DNA of 64,000 nucleotides from an uncultured Acidobacteriota bacterium (GTDB lineage: Bacteria; Acidobacteriota; Vicinamibacteria; Fen-336): NCBI GenBank assembly GCA_963720545.1, contig OY970399.1, positions 416,001 to 480,000 on the forward strand. The letters run 5' to 3'. Position numbers and translations under genes: made by a program. Below the pieces are notes generated by a model. The model was not told the DNA's origin. It searched no databases and saw nothing but the letters and a program-made list of their open reading frames with translations. Below are positions 12,318-22,049 of the stretch, in pieces (within the stretch, counting starts at the first letter, position 1; every line of letters begins with the position of its first letter).

Positions 12318-14302
12318 CAGGCCCGGAACATCCCTTCGCGATACGCGACGATCCTGCCGGCAACCGCCGACGCCGCGACTGTCAGCGGCGACGCGAGATA
12401 CAGCCGGCCCGGACCCGAGCGGTTCTGGTAGTTGCGGTTGATCGCCGAAACCGTCACCTGCTCGCGCGTCGTCGAGACGCCCGGACCGCAGCCAATGCAG
12501 GCACCGCAACCCGGATGGATGACGCGCACGCCCGCTTGCGCGAACACCTCGAGATAGCCGCGAGCGCGGGCGTAGCGCTCCACCGATTCCGAGCCGAACT
12601 GGATGACGAACTCGACGCCGTCCTTCACCTTGCGGCCCGACAGGACCGCGTCGCGCATCACGCGCGCGTACATGTCGAGGTCGTCTTCCTTGCCGGCGGT
12701 GCACGAGCCGCCGTAGGCGATGTCGATGGGCACCTCACCGAGATCCTCGACGTAGGCGCCGTTCGTCGGGTCGGACGGTATGCCGGCTTCCGGATTGCCT
12801 GGCGTCGCGACCATCGGCCGCACCGCGGCGAGGTCGATGGCGTGCACGCCGCCCTGGTACTCCGCACCGGGATCGGGCGCCACCACCTTGGCGCGCAGCG
12901 CTTCGAGCGAGGCGTCCGGGCGGCGCTCGACCAGCCAGCGCAGCATCGCTTCGTCGGCCTCGACCACGCCGGCCTTGGCGGAGCACTCGGTCGCCATGTT
13001 GGCGAGCGTCGCGCGCTCGTCCGGCGACAGCGCCGCGAGCCCCGGCCCGCCGAACTCCATGACGCGGTCGAGCGTCTGCTGCTGCTTCGCGTGGTTCGCG
13101 AGGATGTAGAGCATGACGTCCTTGGCGGCGACGCCTGGCTGCAGTTCGCCGTGCAGCTCGAAGCGGATCGACTCGGGCACCTCGACGAATGTGATGCCGT
13201 TGCGCAACAGCGCCGCGTATTCGGTCGCGCCGACGCCGTAGGCGAGCGCGTTCAAGGCGCCGCCCATGCAGGTGTGGCTGTCGGTCGCCTGGATGAAGTC
13301 GCCGGGCTCGATGATGCGCTCGCGCGCCACTGTGTGGCAGATCCCCGGCGAGATGCCGTCCCGCGCCGAGTAGTCGAGGACGCCGGTGTGCTTCTGGAAC
13401 ACGCGCTGCATCTCGCGCAGCGTCTCGATCTTGGGCGCGAACGCGGCCATCTTCGGCAGCGTCTCGGCGTAGATCAGGTGATCCTCGAACACCGCGAACT
13501 TCGCGGGGTTCGGCACCTGGTAGTCGGCGCCGTACTCGTTCTCGAGAAAGTAGTGCACCTGCGCGGTGGTGAACTCGTGCGAATAGCCGCCGTCGACGCG
13601 CACCGAGATGGCGTCGCCCGGCCGCACCGCGGCGGCACCGCCAGGGCTCGCGACGTGCCGCGCCAGGATCTTCTCCGCGATGTTCATCGCGCGCGGCTCG
13701 CGCGCCACCGACGGCAGCTGCACCTCGCCCCTGACGAAGCTCGAGGTGAACGCGAACAGGCCGCCGTGCTCGATGACTTTCTGCGTGATGACGTCGTAAC
13801 CGCGGGTGAACTCGGCAAGCGGAATGCCCTCGCCTGCCTGCAGCCGCACCAGCATGCCGTGATCGCCCATCAACACGCCCTGGGCGATGTTGTTGCGCGC
13901 GTGGATCGGCGCGAAGGACGCCGCGATCGCGATGCGGATGCCCGACCACTTCTCGGCCTGCACCGCGGTCTCGCGCGACGAGCCGACGCCCTTGCGGTAG
14001 CCGGAGACGATGACCTCGAAGCCGCCGTCCGCCAGCGCGCCTTCGGGGAACAGGCGCTCGCCATCGACCGAGATGCCCGCGTATGCATTGCGGGAGATGT
14101 CCTCGGGCTTGTAGTCGAAGCAGGCCCAGGCGGGCGTCATCGCGTCGGTGTTGACATCGTCGAGCAGCTGGTCGAGCTGCAGGTCGGCCATGCGCAGGTC
14201 GAGCTCGCCGCGCAGCTGGGCACGGATGAGCTGCGGATCCTTGGTGAGGAAGAAGACCCGCTTGCCGGGCGTGAGGCGGATCGGGCTTTCAGGCCGGCTC
14301 AT
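12317..14302 (-). CDS. Aconitase-family dehydratase, LeuD-like swivel domain fused N-terminal to LeuC-like domain
   Basis: N-terminal DVNTDAMTP and GSSRETA; then FEDH, GICH, TDSHTC, GSCT, GCGACIG, NRNY, LASP. Confidence 0.85.
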   Translation of the reverse strand: MSRPESPIRLTPGKRVFFLTKDPQLIRAQLRGELDLRMADLQLDQLLDDVNTDAMTPAWACFDYKPEDISRNAYAGISVDGERLFPEGALADGGFEVIVSGYRKGVGSSRETAVQAEKWSGIRIAIAASFAPIHARNNIAQGVLMGDHGMLVRLQAGEGIPLAEFTRGYDVITQKVIEHGGLFAFTSSFVRGEVQLPSVAREPRAMNIAEKILARHVASPGGAAAVRPGDAISVRVDGGYSHEFTTAQVHYFLENEYGADYQVPNPAKFAVFEDHLIYAETLPKMAAFAPKIETLREMQRVFQKHTGVLDYSARDGISPGICHTVARERIIEPGDFIQATDSHTCMGGALNALAYGVGATEYAALLRNGITFVEVPESIRFELHGELQPGVAAKDVMLYILANHAKQQQTLDRVMEFGGPGLAALSPDERATLANMATECSAKAGVVEADEAMLRWLVERRPDASLEALRAKVVAPDPGAEYQGGVHAIDLAAVRPMVATPGNPEAGIPSDPTNGAYVEDLGEVPIDIAYGGSCTAGKEDDLDMYARVMRDAVLSGRKVKDGVEFVIQFGSESVERYARARGYLEVFAQAGVRVIHPGCGACIGCGPGVSTTREQVTVSAINRNYQNRSGPGRLYLASPLTVAASAVAGRIVAYREGMFRA

Positions 14303-15357
14303 CGCAGGCGCGCCTCGATCGCCGCGCCGACTTCGCTCGTGCCGAAGGTACCGCCGATGTCGCTGGTGGTGCGGCTTTCGCTCACCGCCCAGCGCACCGC
14401 GTCCTCGATGCGCTGCGCCTCCTCCTGCCAGCCGAGGTATTCGAGCATGAGGCCTCCAGTCAGTATCGCGCCCATGGGATTCGCGACGTTCTTCCCGGCA
14501 AGCGGCGGCGACGAGCCGTGCACCGGCTCGAACAGGCTGAGGCGGCCGGGGTGGATGTTCCCCGAGGCCGCCATACCCAGGCCGCCCTGCAGGCCGGCCG
14601 CGAGATCCGTCACGATGTCGCCGAACATGTTGGAGGTCACGATGACCGCGAACTGCTTCGGCTCGCGGATCATCTGCAAGGCAAGATTATCAACGTACAG
14701 GTGGCGCGCCTCGATGCCGGGAAACTCCGCGGCCACCTCACGGAAGGTGCGCAGCCACAGCTCGTGGCCGTGGGTGAGGACGTTCGACTTGTCCGCCATG
14801 GCGACGCGGTCGCGGCCGCGCGCCACTGCGAACTCGAAGGCGTGGCGGATGATGCGCTCCACGCCCTTGCGGGTGTTGAGGTCAACTTCGGTCGCCACCT
14901 CGTCGGCGGTGCCCCTCTTGAAGTTGCCGCCCATGGCGACGTACAGGCCCTCGGTGTTCTCGCGGAAGATCGCCATGTCCACGTCTTCCGGCTTCGCAGC
15001 CTTCAGCGGGCAGAGGCGCGCGTCGAACAGCTTCACCGGGCGGTAGTTGACGTAGAGGTCGAGCTTGAAGCGCATCCCCAGCAGGATGTCGGCGGCGTGG
15101 CGGTTGTCGGGCACGCGCGGATCGCCGAGCGCGCCGAACAGGATGGCGTCGTATCCGGAGCGCAGCTCTTCGAGGGCGCCGTCGGGCAGCGTCACGCCGG
15201 TCTTCAGGTACTTGTCGGCGCCCCAGTCGAACTCGGTGAAATGCAGCGTCTTGCCCGCGGCGGCGGCGGCGGCGCGCAACACCCGCACGGCCTGCGCCGT
15301 GACCTCGACGCCGATGCCGTCGCCGGGGATCACCGCGATGCGCTTCGTCGTCGTCAT
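14299..15357 (-). CDS. leuB: 3-isopropylmalate dehydrogenase (isocitrate/isopropylmalate DH family)
   Basis: IPGDGIGVEV, RENTEGLY, DKSNVL, NMFGDIVTDL, FEPVHGS, ANP. Confidence 0.8.
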   Translation of the reverse strand: MTTTKRIAVIPGDGIGVEVTAQAVRVLRAAAAAAGKTLHFTEFDWGADKYLKTGVTLPDGALEELRSGYDAILFGALGDPRVPDNRHAADILLGMRFKLDLYVNYRPVKLFDARLCPLKAAKPEDVDMAIFRENTEGLYVAMGGNFKRGTADEVATEVDLNTRKGVERIIRHAFEFAVARGRDRVAMADKSNVLTHGHELWLRTFREVAAEFPGIEARHLYVDNLALQMIREPKQFAVIVTSNMFGDIVTDLAAGLQGGLGMAASGNIHPGRLSLFEPVHGSSPPLAGKNVANPMGAILTGGLMLEYLGWQEEAQRIEDAVRWAVSESRTTSDIGGTFGTSEVGAAIEARLR

Positions 15358-15728
15358 AGAGCCCGCCGCTTTCGCGATGGCCCGAAGCGCACGTAGGCGC
15401 CCGCGCCCAGAACGCCGCCCGCGAAGTCCTTGACGACGTCGAGCGCCGACGAGTCGCGCAGCGGTACGAACGACTGATGCCATTCGTCGCTCACGCCGTA
15501 GAGCGTGGCGAAGACGACGGCGAGCAACGCGGCACCGAGTGTCAGCGGCTTCCCGGCGGCGAACGCCCGACAGAGGAGCAACGCGAGGATCGCGTACACG
15601 ACCGGATGGCTGATCCAGTCGGGAATGAGGGCGAGGTCGCCCGGCGCCGGATGCTGCAGCGAGGACATATAGAAGATGATGGCCATCCACCCGAGGGCAG
15701 GCAGCCAGTATTTCAGCAACCAGGCCAC
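15354..15728 (-). CDS. VanZ-family membrane protein
   Basis: WMAIIFYMSS, H..YAIL, YGVSDEWHQSFVPLRDSS..D. Confidence 0.85.
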   Translation of the reverse strand: MAWLLKYWLPALGWMAIIFYMSSLQHPAPGDLALIPDWISHPVVYAILALLLCRAFAAGKPLTLGAALLAVVFATLYGVSDEWHQSFVPLRDSSALDVVKDFAGGVLGAGAYVRFGPSRKRRAL

Positions 15729-15735
15729 GGCTGCG

Positions 15736-15912
15736 CTACGCCGGGAACGGGTACATCAGCCAGCCCGCGAGGATGGCGCAGAGCGTGAACCCGGCGAAGG
15801 CATAGAGTGCAAACCGCCAGCGCGCCTGCGGCGTGTCGCGCATCAGCACCGCGAACACCGCCGACACCAGCGCCGAGAAGACGAGCAGCAGGAGCAGGTG
15901 GCTGTGGGGCAC
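15736..15912 (-). CDS. Small two-TM membrane protein (58 aa)
   Basis: GTG start; HSHLLLLLVFSALVSAVFAVL..AGWLMYPFP; fills the gap between coupled genes. Confidence 0.65.
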   Translation of the reverse strand: MPHSHLLLLLVFSALVSAVFAVLMRDTPQARWRFALYAFAGFTLCAILAGWLMYPFPA

Positions 15913-16310
15913 TACGGCTTCCTTCCGGTCGCGATGTCGAACGCGTCGAGCATCGCCAGGATGTTGAGGAGCCCCGCCACCTCGGTGAAGGTGTTGCCGT
16001 ACTCGAACAGCACCGCGCGCACGTTGCCGTCCACGAAGCCGAGCGTACGGGCGAGAAACCCCGCGGCGCCCGTGAAGAATTGTGCAACCGTGCGCAGCGA
16101 CTCGAAAATGTCGTCCCAGCCGAGGTAGGTGGCGAGCCGGGCATCCATGGCGACGCCGATCACAAACAAGGCAAGGATGCCGGCAAAAAAGACCACGGCG
16201 CGGCCGCGGCGGCCCAGATACCAGTGGCCGAGGCCCGGGACGAGCCATGCGAGCGCCACGGCTACGCCTGCCGTTGCGCGGCCGGAACTCGTCTCGTCCG
16301 AGGGACTCAT
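15912..16310 (-). CDS. DUF6677-like membrane protein
   Basis: LAWLVPGLGHWYLG, EYGNTF..VAGLLNILAMLDAFD. Confidence 0.7.
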   Translation of the reverse strand: MSPSDETSSGRATAGVAVALAWLVPGLGHWYLGRRGRAVVFFAGILALFVIGVAMDARLATYLGWDDIFESLRTVAQFFTGAAGFLARTLGFVDGNVRAVLFEYGNTFTEVAGLLNILAMLDAFDIATGRKP

Positions 16311-16397
16311 GAGCGGGAATCGAATGTTAACTCGAAGTGTGATGCCTGCGGTTGACCCCTCAACTACCGGTGCCTAATATGAAAACGGGGCCGTGAA

Positions 16398-18215
16398 TTG
16401 CCGATCAAACTGCTGATTCGATCGTTCGTGCTCGTTGCCGCGGTGGCGACCGGCGCGCAGGCGCAGACCGCCAACGAAATCATGCCGCTCGACCAGGTCA
16501 AGCCCGGCATGAAGGGCGTGGGGCGCACCGTGTTCGCCGGGTCGAAGATCGAGACCTTCGACGTCGAGATCATCGGGGTGCTCGAGAACGCCGTCGCGCC
16601 GAAGCACTCCATGGTGATGGCCAAGCTGAGCGGCGGTCCGCTTGCGAATACCGGTGTCATCGCCGGCATGAGCGGCAGCCCGGTCTACATCGACGGCAAG
16701 CTGCTCGGTGCCGTCGCGTACGGCTTTCCCTTCTCCAAGGAAACGATCGCCGGCATCACCCCCGCCGGCGACATGATCGCGGCCACCGCCACCGGCGCGC
16801 CGCGCTCAGCCGCCACCCGGCTCAGCTTCCCGACGCAGCCGCCGACGCGCGAGGGCCTCTTCAACCCGCAGGTGTTCCGCCAGGTGCTCGCGCAGCGGCT
16901 CGCCGCGGTGCCGCTCGCGAGCGGTGTCGCGAGCCGCACCATGGCGCCGCTCGCCCTGCCGCTCAACTTCGCGGGCTTCGACAACGCCGCCTTCGGCGAG
17001 CTGCGCAGCTTGTTCGCCGACGCCGGCTTCGCGCCGGTGCTCGGCGGCTCGTCGAGCTCGTCGGCGAGCGCCGAGCCGCTGCCGCCGCTCGAACCGGGCT
17101 CGCCCGTCGGCGTGTCGCTCGTCGAGGGCGATGTCGACCTGTCGGCCACCGGCACCGTGACGTTCCTCGACGGCGACCGGGTCTATGCCTTCGGCCATCC
17201 GTTCTACAACCTCGGTCCGACGCAGTTCCCGATGAAGAAGGCTTACGTCTTCGGCGTGTTCCCGAGCGTCTACCAGTCCTGGAAGATCGCCAACGCCCGC
17301 GAGCTCATCGGCACCCTCGACCAGGACCGCACCACCGCGGTCGCCGGGCGGCTCGGGCCGGCGCCGCGCATGATCCCGGTGAAGGTGCAGCTCTCCACCG
17401 GCCGCGGCGAGGTGCGCGAATTCTCCTTCCGCATGGTGGACGACGAGCTCTTCAGCCCGCTGCTCGCCTACGCGTCGCTGTTCTCGGTGCTGCAGTCGAA
17501 CGAGCGTGCGATGGGCACCTCCACCATGAAGGTGGTGGCCGACATCAGCTTTTCCGGCGGCCGCAAGGTGCACCTCGAAGACCTCTACACCGAAGAGCAG
17601 CCGGCGCTGCATTCGGCAACGCTGGTGGCGGCACCGCTCGCCTACATCCTCTCCAACAACTTCGAGACGGTGGACGTCGAGTCGGTGAACGTGAAGATCG
17701 CCTCGGAAGAAAAGATCCAGAGCGCGATGATCGAGCGCGCCTGGATCGAGGCCGAGGGTCCGGTGCGTCCGGGCGCGACGCTGCCAGTGCGCATCCTGCT
17801 GCGCAGCTACCGCGGCGACAACATCGCGACCACCATGCCGCTCAAGATCCCCGACAACACCCGCGACGGCACCTACCAGGTGCTGGTCGCGGACTCGACG
17901 ACGCTCGACCTGCTCGACCAGCGCGACCCGCGCAAGGCGTTCACGCCGCGCAACCTCGACCAGTTGCTGCGCGCCATCAACTCGTTCCGGCCCAGCAGCC
18001 GCATCTACGCCCGGCTGTCCCGCGCCGGCGAAGGCGCCTTTGTCTCCGGCGAATACCTGCCGTCGCTGCCGCCGTCGGTGCTCGCGGTGCTGCGCGGCGC
18101 GGAGCGCGGCGCCGGCGACATGCCCCTGCGCTCGATGACGCTCGCCGAGCAGCAGCTCGACACCGACCTCGCCGTCAGCGGTTCGCGCACGCTCTCAGTG
18201 ACCGTGAAACGGTGA
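16398..18215 (+). CDS. Secreted SpoIVB-like peptidase S55 domain protein
   Basis: Signal peptide, VKPGMKGVGRTVF, GVIAGMSGSPVY, AFGHPF, QDR. Confidence 0.85.
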   Translation: MPIKLLIRSFVLVAAVATGAQAQTANEIMPLDQVKPGMKGVGRTVFAGSKIETFDVEIIGVLENAVAPKHSMVMAKLSGGPLANTGVIAGMSGSPVYIDGKLLGAVAYGFPFSKETIAGITPAGDMIAATATGAPRSAATRLSFPTQPPTREGLFNPQVFRQVLAQRLAAVPLASGVASRTMAPLALPLNFAGFDNAAFGELRSLFADAGFAPVLGGSSSSSASAEPLPPLEPGSPVGVSLVEGDVDLSATGTVTFLDGDRVYAFGHPFYNLGPTQFPMKKAYVFGVFPSVYQSWKIANARELIGTLDQDRTTAVAGRLGPAPRMIPVKVQLSTGRGEVREFSFRMVDDELFSPLLAYASLFSVLQSNERAMGTSTMKVVADISFSGGRKVHLEDLYTEEQPALHSATLVAAPLAYILSNNFETVDVESVNVKIASEEKIQSAMIERAWIEAEGPVRPGATLPVRILLRSYRGDNIATTMPLKIPDNTRDGTYQVLVADSTTLDLLDQRDPRKAFTPRNLDQLLRAINSFRPSSRIYARLSRAGEGAFVSGEYLPSLPPSVLAVLRGAERGAGDMPLRSMTLAEQQLDTDLAVSGSRTLSVTVKR

Positions 18216-20473
18216 GGCGGCTCGCCCGCGTCACCGTCCTCGCGCTCGTCGCCCTGCTGCCGGCCGGCGCGTTGTGCGCCGCGCAAGCGCGCTTCTTCCG
18301 CATCGAGGGCGCCACGGCCTTCACCGCCGGCGAGCTCGACGGCCTGGCGGTCGATTCCGAGGGCCGTCTGCGCATGGCGCCGACGACCAGGGTGCTGGCC
18401 GACGCCGAGGCGCCGTTCGTCTGGTCGGTCGCGCTCGACGCGGCCGGCACGGTGTTCGTCGGCACCGGCAACGACGGCAAGATCATGAAGATCGCCGCCG
18501 GCAAGGCCACGACCTTCTTCGACACCAGCGAGTTGCAGGTGACGGCGCTCGCCTTCGGTCCGGACGGCAAGCTCTACGCGGGCACCTCGCCGGACGGCAA
18601 GGTTTACGCGATCGACGCCTCCGGCACCGGTGCCCCGTTCGTCGACCCCGAGGACAAGTACATCTGGTCGATGGGCTTCGACTCGCGCGGCCGGCTGTGG
18701 ATCGGCACCGGCGGCGACGGCGGCCGGCTGCTGCGCGTCGCGATCGGGCCCGGCACGGCACAGCCGCGCATGGAGGCGGTGTTCTCCGACCAGGAGACGC
18801 ACATCGTGAGCATCGCGTTCGACAACGAAGGCGCGGTGCTCGCCGGCAGCTCGCCCGGCGGCATCGTCTACCGCATCTCGCCGGCGGGCCGGCCGAGCGT
18901 GCTCCTCAATTCGCAGTATCGGGAAATCAAGAGCATCGTGCCGGCGCCCGACGGCTCGGTGCTGGTGGCGGCGTTCGGCGCCAGGACCGATGACGACCAG
19001 CCGCAGCCTTTGCCCGCCGCAGGCAGTCCCACCGCCGCGGCAGCTTCAGCCGAAGTGAGCGTGTCGGAATCGTTCACGGTGATAGCACCGCAGAGTGGAG
19101 CGCCCGCGCCCGGCGCCGGTCCGGCAGCGTCCCCCGCCTCGCCGGGCGGCGGTTCGACCACCAACCGCGGCGCGGTCCTGAAGATTTCATCGACCGGCGA
19201 AGCCGATGTCCTCTGGTCCTCTTCGGAAGAAGCGCCCTATGCGCTGCTGCTCGACGGGCAGGACGTCCTGGTCGGCACCGGGCCGCGCGGCCGGCTCTAC
19301 CGGGTGAGCATGGACCAGTCCTACGTCGTGCTCGCGGACTTTCCCGGGGAACAGATCACCGTGCTGCAGAAAGCGGCGGCCGGCGAGGTCATAGCGGCCA
19401 CCTCGAACCCGGGCAGCGTGCACGCGATCTCGAAGGAGACGCGCGCCACCGGCACTTTCACCTCGAAGATCCTCGACGCGCTCACCGCCTCGGCCTGGGG
19501 ACAGGTGCGCTTCGAGGCCGACATCCCGCAGGGCGCGCGCGTCGAGGTGCGTACGCGCTCGGGCCACACTCCCGCGCCCGACAACACCTGGTCGGACTGG
19601 TCGCCGCCGCTCAGCACTGCGCGTGGCGCTGCCAACGACCGTCCCGACGGCCGCTACCTGCAGGTGAAGGTGACGCTCAGCGGTGCGCCGCTGGCGCCGC
19701 CGGTGCTGCACACGGTGGTCGCCGCCTATCTGCAGCACAACCTGCGGCCGGTGATGACGGCTCTCGCCGTGCACCCGCCGGGCGAGGTCTTCCAGAAGCC
19801 GCTCTCGGCCACCGGCGACGTCGAGATCCTCGGCGTGGCGCCGCAGGACGCTCCGGAAAACAAGGCCGCGGCGCGCCAGGGCCAGGGGTCGTCTTCCGCT
19901 TCGCCGACGGCATTCAGCCGGCGCGTCTATCAGAAGGGCTTCCAGACCCTTTCGTGGCGCGCCGAAGACGGCAACGACGACACCCTCACCTACGACGTCA
20001 CCTACCGGCCGATCGGCGCACGGGCCTGGAGCGTGCTGCGCGAAGGGCTCACAGATCCGGTGCTCGCCTTCGACACGCAGACGCTGCCGAACGGCCGCTA
20101 CGTGGTGAAGGTCACCGCTTCCGACTCGGCCTCGAACCCGCCGGCTACCGCGCTCAGCGCCACGCTCGAGAGCGACGGCTTCGACATCGACAACACCCCG
20201 CCCACGATCACGGCCCGCGCCCTCCCCGGCAGCCAGCCGGCGATCGTCGCCGAGGTGCGCGACGACCAGAGCGTCATCGGCAAGGTCGAGTTCTCGGTGG
20301 ACGGCGGCCGCTGGTTCGAGGTGCAGCCAAAGGACGGCATCGACGACGGCCTGGTGGAGAGCTACGACATCGTGCTGCCCTTCGGCATCGCCACCGGCAA
20401 CCACGTGGTGGTGGTCCGCGCCAGCGACGCGCTCGACAACGCCGCCACTGCCAGCGTGGTCGTAACCCGCTAG
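18212..20473 (+). CDS. Secreted beta-propeller protein with C-terminal FN3/Ig-like domains
   Basis: Signal peptide; repeated D..G.(L/V)(Y/F/W).GT..G blades; WSDWS; LPNGRYVVKVTASD; DNTPP; GTGA overlap with S55 gene. Confidence 0.75.
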   Translation: MRRLARVTVLALVALLPAGALCAAQARFFRIEGATAFTAGELDGLAVDSEGRLRMAPTTRVLADAEAPFVWSVALDAAGTVFVGTGNDGKIMKIAAGKATTFFDTSELQVTALAFGPDGKLYAGTSPDGKVYAIDASGTGAPFVDPEDKYIWSMGFDSRGRLWIGTGGDGGRLLRVAIGPGTAQPRMEAVFSDQETHIVSIAFDNEGAVLAGSSPGGIVYRISPAGRPSVLLNSQYREIKSIVPAPDGSVLVAAFGARTDDDQPQPLPAAGSPTAAAASAEVSVSESFTVIAPQSGAPAPGAGPAASPASPGGGSTTNRGAVLKISSTGEADVLWSSSEEAPYALLLDGQDVLVGTGPRGRLYRVSMDQSYVVLADFPGEQITVLQKAAAGEVIAATSNPGSVHAISKETRATGTFTSKILDALTASAWGQVRFEADIPQGARVEVRTRSGHTPAPDNTWSDWSPPLSTARGAANDRPDGRYLQVKVTLSGAPLAPPVLHTVVAAYLQHNLRPVMTALAVHPPGEVFQKPLSATGDVEILGVAPQDAPENKAAARQGQGSSSASPTAFSRRVYQKGFQTLSWRAEDGNDDTLTYDVTYRPIGARAWSVLREGLTDPVLAFDTQTLPNGRYVVKVTASDSASNPPATALSATLESDGFDIDNTPPTITARALPGSQPAIVAEVRDDQSVIGKVEFSVDGGRWFEVQPKDGIDDGLVESYDIVLPFGIATGNHVVVVRASDALDNAATASVVVTR

Positions 20474-20484
20474 CCGGTTCGGAC

Positions 20485-21162
20485 ATGATCTTTATCGCCT
20501 TGTCGGGGCTCGTGGCCGGCGCGGTCCATGTGGTCACCGGCATCGACCACATGGCGGCGCTGGTTCCTCTGAGCGTCGGCCGCCACCTGAAGGCGCTGCG
20601 CACCGGCGCCATCTGGGGCCTCGGCCACAGCACCGGCGTCCTTGCCGTCGGCGCGGTCGCGCTCATGGCCCGCAGCCTGCTGCACGTGGACCTGGTCAGC
20701 TCGGTGGGCGAACGCCTGGTGGGCGCGGCGCTCGTCGCGATCGGCCTCTTCGCGATCCGCGGCGCTCTGCGCCTCGAGATCCACAGCCACGTGCACGCGC
20801 ACGACGGCGCCGGGCCGCACGCGCACCTGCACGCCCATCCGCGCCGTGCCGTCTCGCATGAGCCCTCAGCGCACCACGGCCACACCGCGATGGCGGCAGG
20901 CACGCTGCACGGCGTCGCCGGCAGCGCGCACCTGTTCGGCATCCTGCCGGCGCTGGCGCTTCCCTCCCGCGGCGGCGCCGCGCTCTACCTCCTGATGTTC
21001 GCGGCCGGCACCGTGTTCGCGATGGCCGGCTTCGCTGCCGCCGTCGGCGTCACCACCGCGGGCGCCGCGCGCACCAGCAGCCGCCTGCGGCCGGCGCTCG
21101 TCGCAGCCGGTGCGCTCGCCTGCGCCGTGGGCCTCTACTGGCTCGTGGCGCCAGCGTCCTGA
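20485..21162 (+). CDS. Nickel/cobalt transporter (UreH/NiCoT-like)
   Basis: HVVTGIDHMAA, WGLGHS, His-rich loop HSHVHAH..HAHLHAH, GTLHGVAGS. Confidence 0.8.
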   Translation: MIFIALSGLVAGAVHVVTGIDHMAALVPLSVGRHLKALRTGAIWGLGHSTGVLAVGAVALMARSLLHVDLVSSVGERLVGAALVAIGLFAIRGALRLEIHSHVHAHDGAGPHAHLHAHPRRAVSHEPSAHHGHTAMAAGTLHGVAGSAHLFGILPALALPSRGGAALYLLMFAAGTVFAMAGFAAAVGVTTAGAARTSSRLRPALVAAGALACAVGLYWLVAPAS

Positions 21163-21173
21163 CGCGCACGGTC

Positions 21174-22049
21174 GTGGTTCGCGCCGGCGCCCTGGGCGAC
21201 GTCCTGCTCCTGCGCCCCGCGCTTGCGGCGCTGCGCTCGGCCGGGCACGAGGTGCACCTGCTGACACCGGGCGCAGGCCGTCTCCTCGACCCCGACCGCC
21301 ATCTCGATTTCGAGAGCCCGAACTTCGCCCACGTTCTCGGCGGCGGACCGTGGCCCGCGGCCTGGCCGGTCTGCGACGCAGCCCTCATCGTCTCCGCCGA
21401 CGAAGCAGTGCGTGGCGCCCTGCACCGGCTGGTCCTGCAGGTTATCGACTGCGAGCCGCTGCCGCCGCCCGGCGTGCACGCCGCCGACCACTACGCCGCG
21501 GCGCTCGCGGAACTGGACATAGCGCCGGTGCCCGCGGCGGCTGTGCCGCTGCTGCAGTTTGCGCCGCGTGCGCTCGAGGCGAGTTTCGCGGTGCGCGAGC
21601 GGCTGCCGGAGCGCTTTCTCGCGATCCATCCCGGCAGCGGCTCGCCGGGCAAGAACTGGCCGGCCGCGTCGTTCGCGGAGCTCGCCGCGATCCTCTCGCC
21701 CGATGCGGCGTGGCTCCTCGTCGAGGGTCCGGCCGACGGCGCCGAGGTCGTGGCGCTGGCCGCGGAGCCGGGCGCCGTGCGCAGCGGCACGCTGCCGCTC
21801 GCGGCGCTCGGCGCGCTCCTGTCCCAGGCCGGCCTCTATGTCGGCAACGATTCCGGCGTCTCGCACCTGGCGGCTGCGATCGGCATCCCCACGCTCGCGC
21901 TCTTCGGCCCGACGGAGGCCGCGATGTGGCGGCCCGTGGGCCCGGTCGTGCGCGCGCTGCAGGCGCCGGGCGGCGACCTGCGCCGCCTCAGCGCTGCCGA
22001 CGTCGCCTACGTGAGCGGCGTGACGTCCATGCGGCTGAAGAGCCGGTAG
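21174..22049 (+). CDS. Glycosyltransferase family 9 (heptosyltransferase-like); true start may be CTG 21159
   Basis: RAGALGDVLL, IHPGSG..KNWP, YVGNDSGVSHLAAA, LFGPT. Confidence 0.85.
   Translation: MVRAGALGDVLLLRPALAALRSAGHEVHLLTPGAGRLLDPDRHLDFESPNFAHVLGGGPWPAAWPVCDAALIVSADEAVRGALHRLVLQVIDCEPLPPPGVHAADHYAAALAELDIAPVPAAAVPLLQFAPRALEASFAVRERLPERFLAIHPGSGSPGKNWPAASFAELAAILSPDAAWLLVEGPADGAEVVALAAEPGAVRSGTLPLAALGALLSQAGLYVGNDSGVSHLAAAIGIPTLALFGPTEAAMWRPVGPVVRALQAPGGDLRRLSAADVAYVSGVTSMRLKSR

Noticed and set aside
22007..22049. 43-bp convergent overlap of GT9 and anti-sigma genes
   Set aside because: Short tail-to-tail overlaps are common in GC-rich genomes
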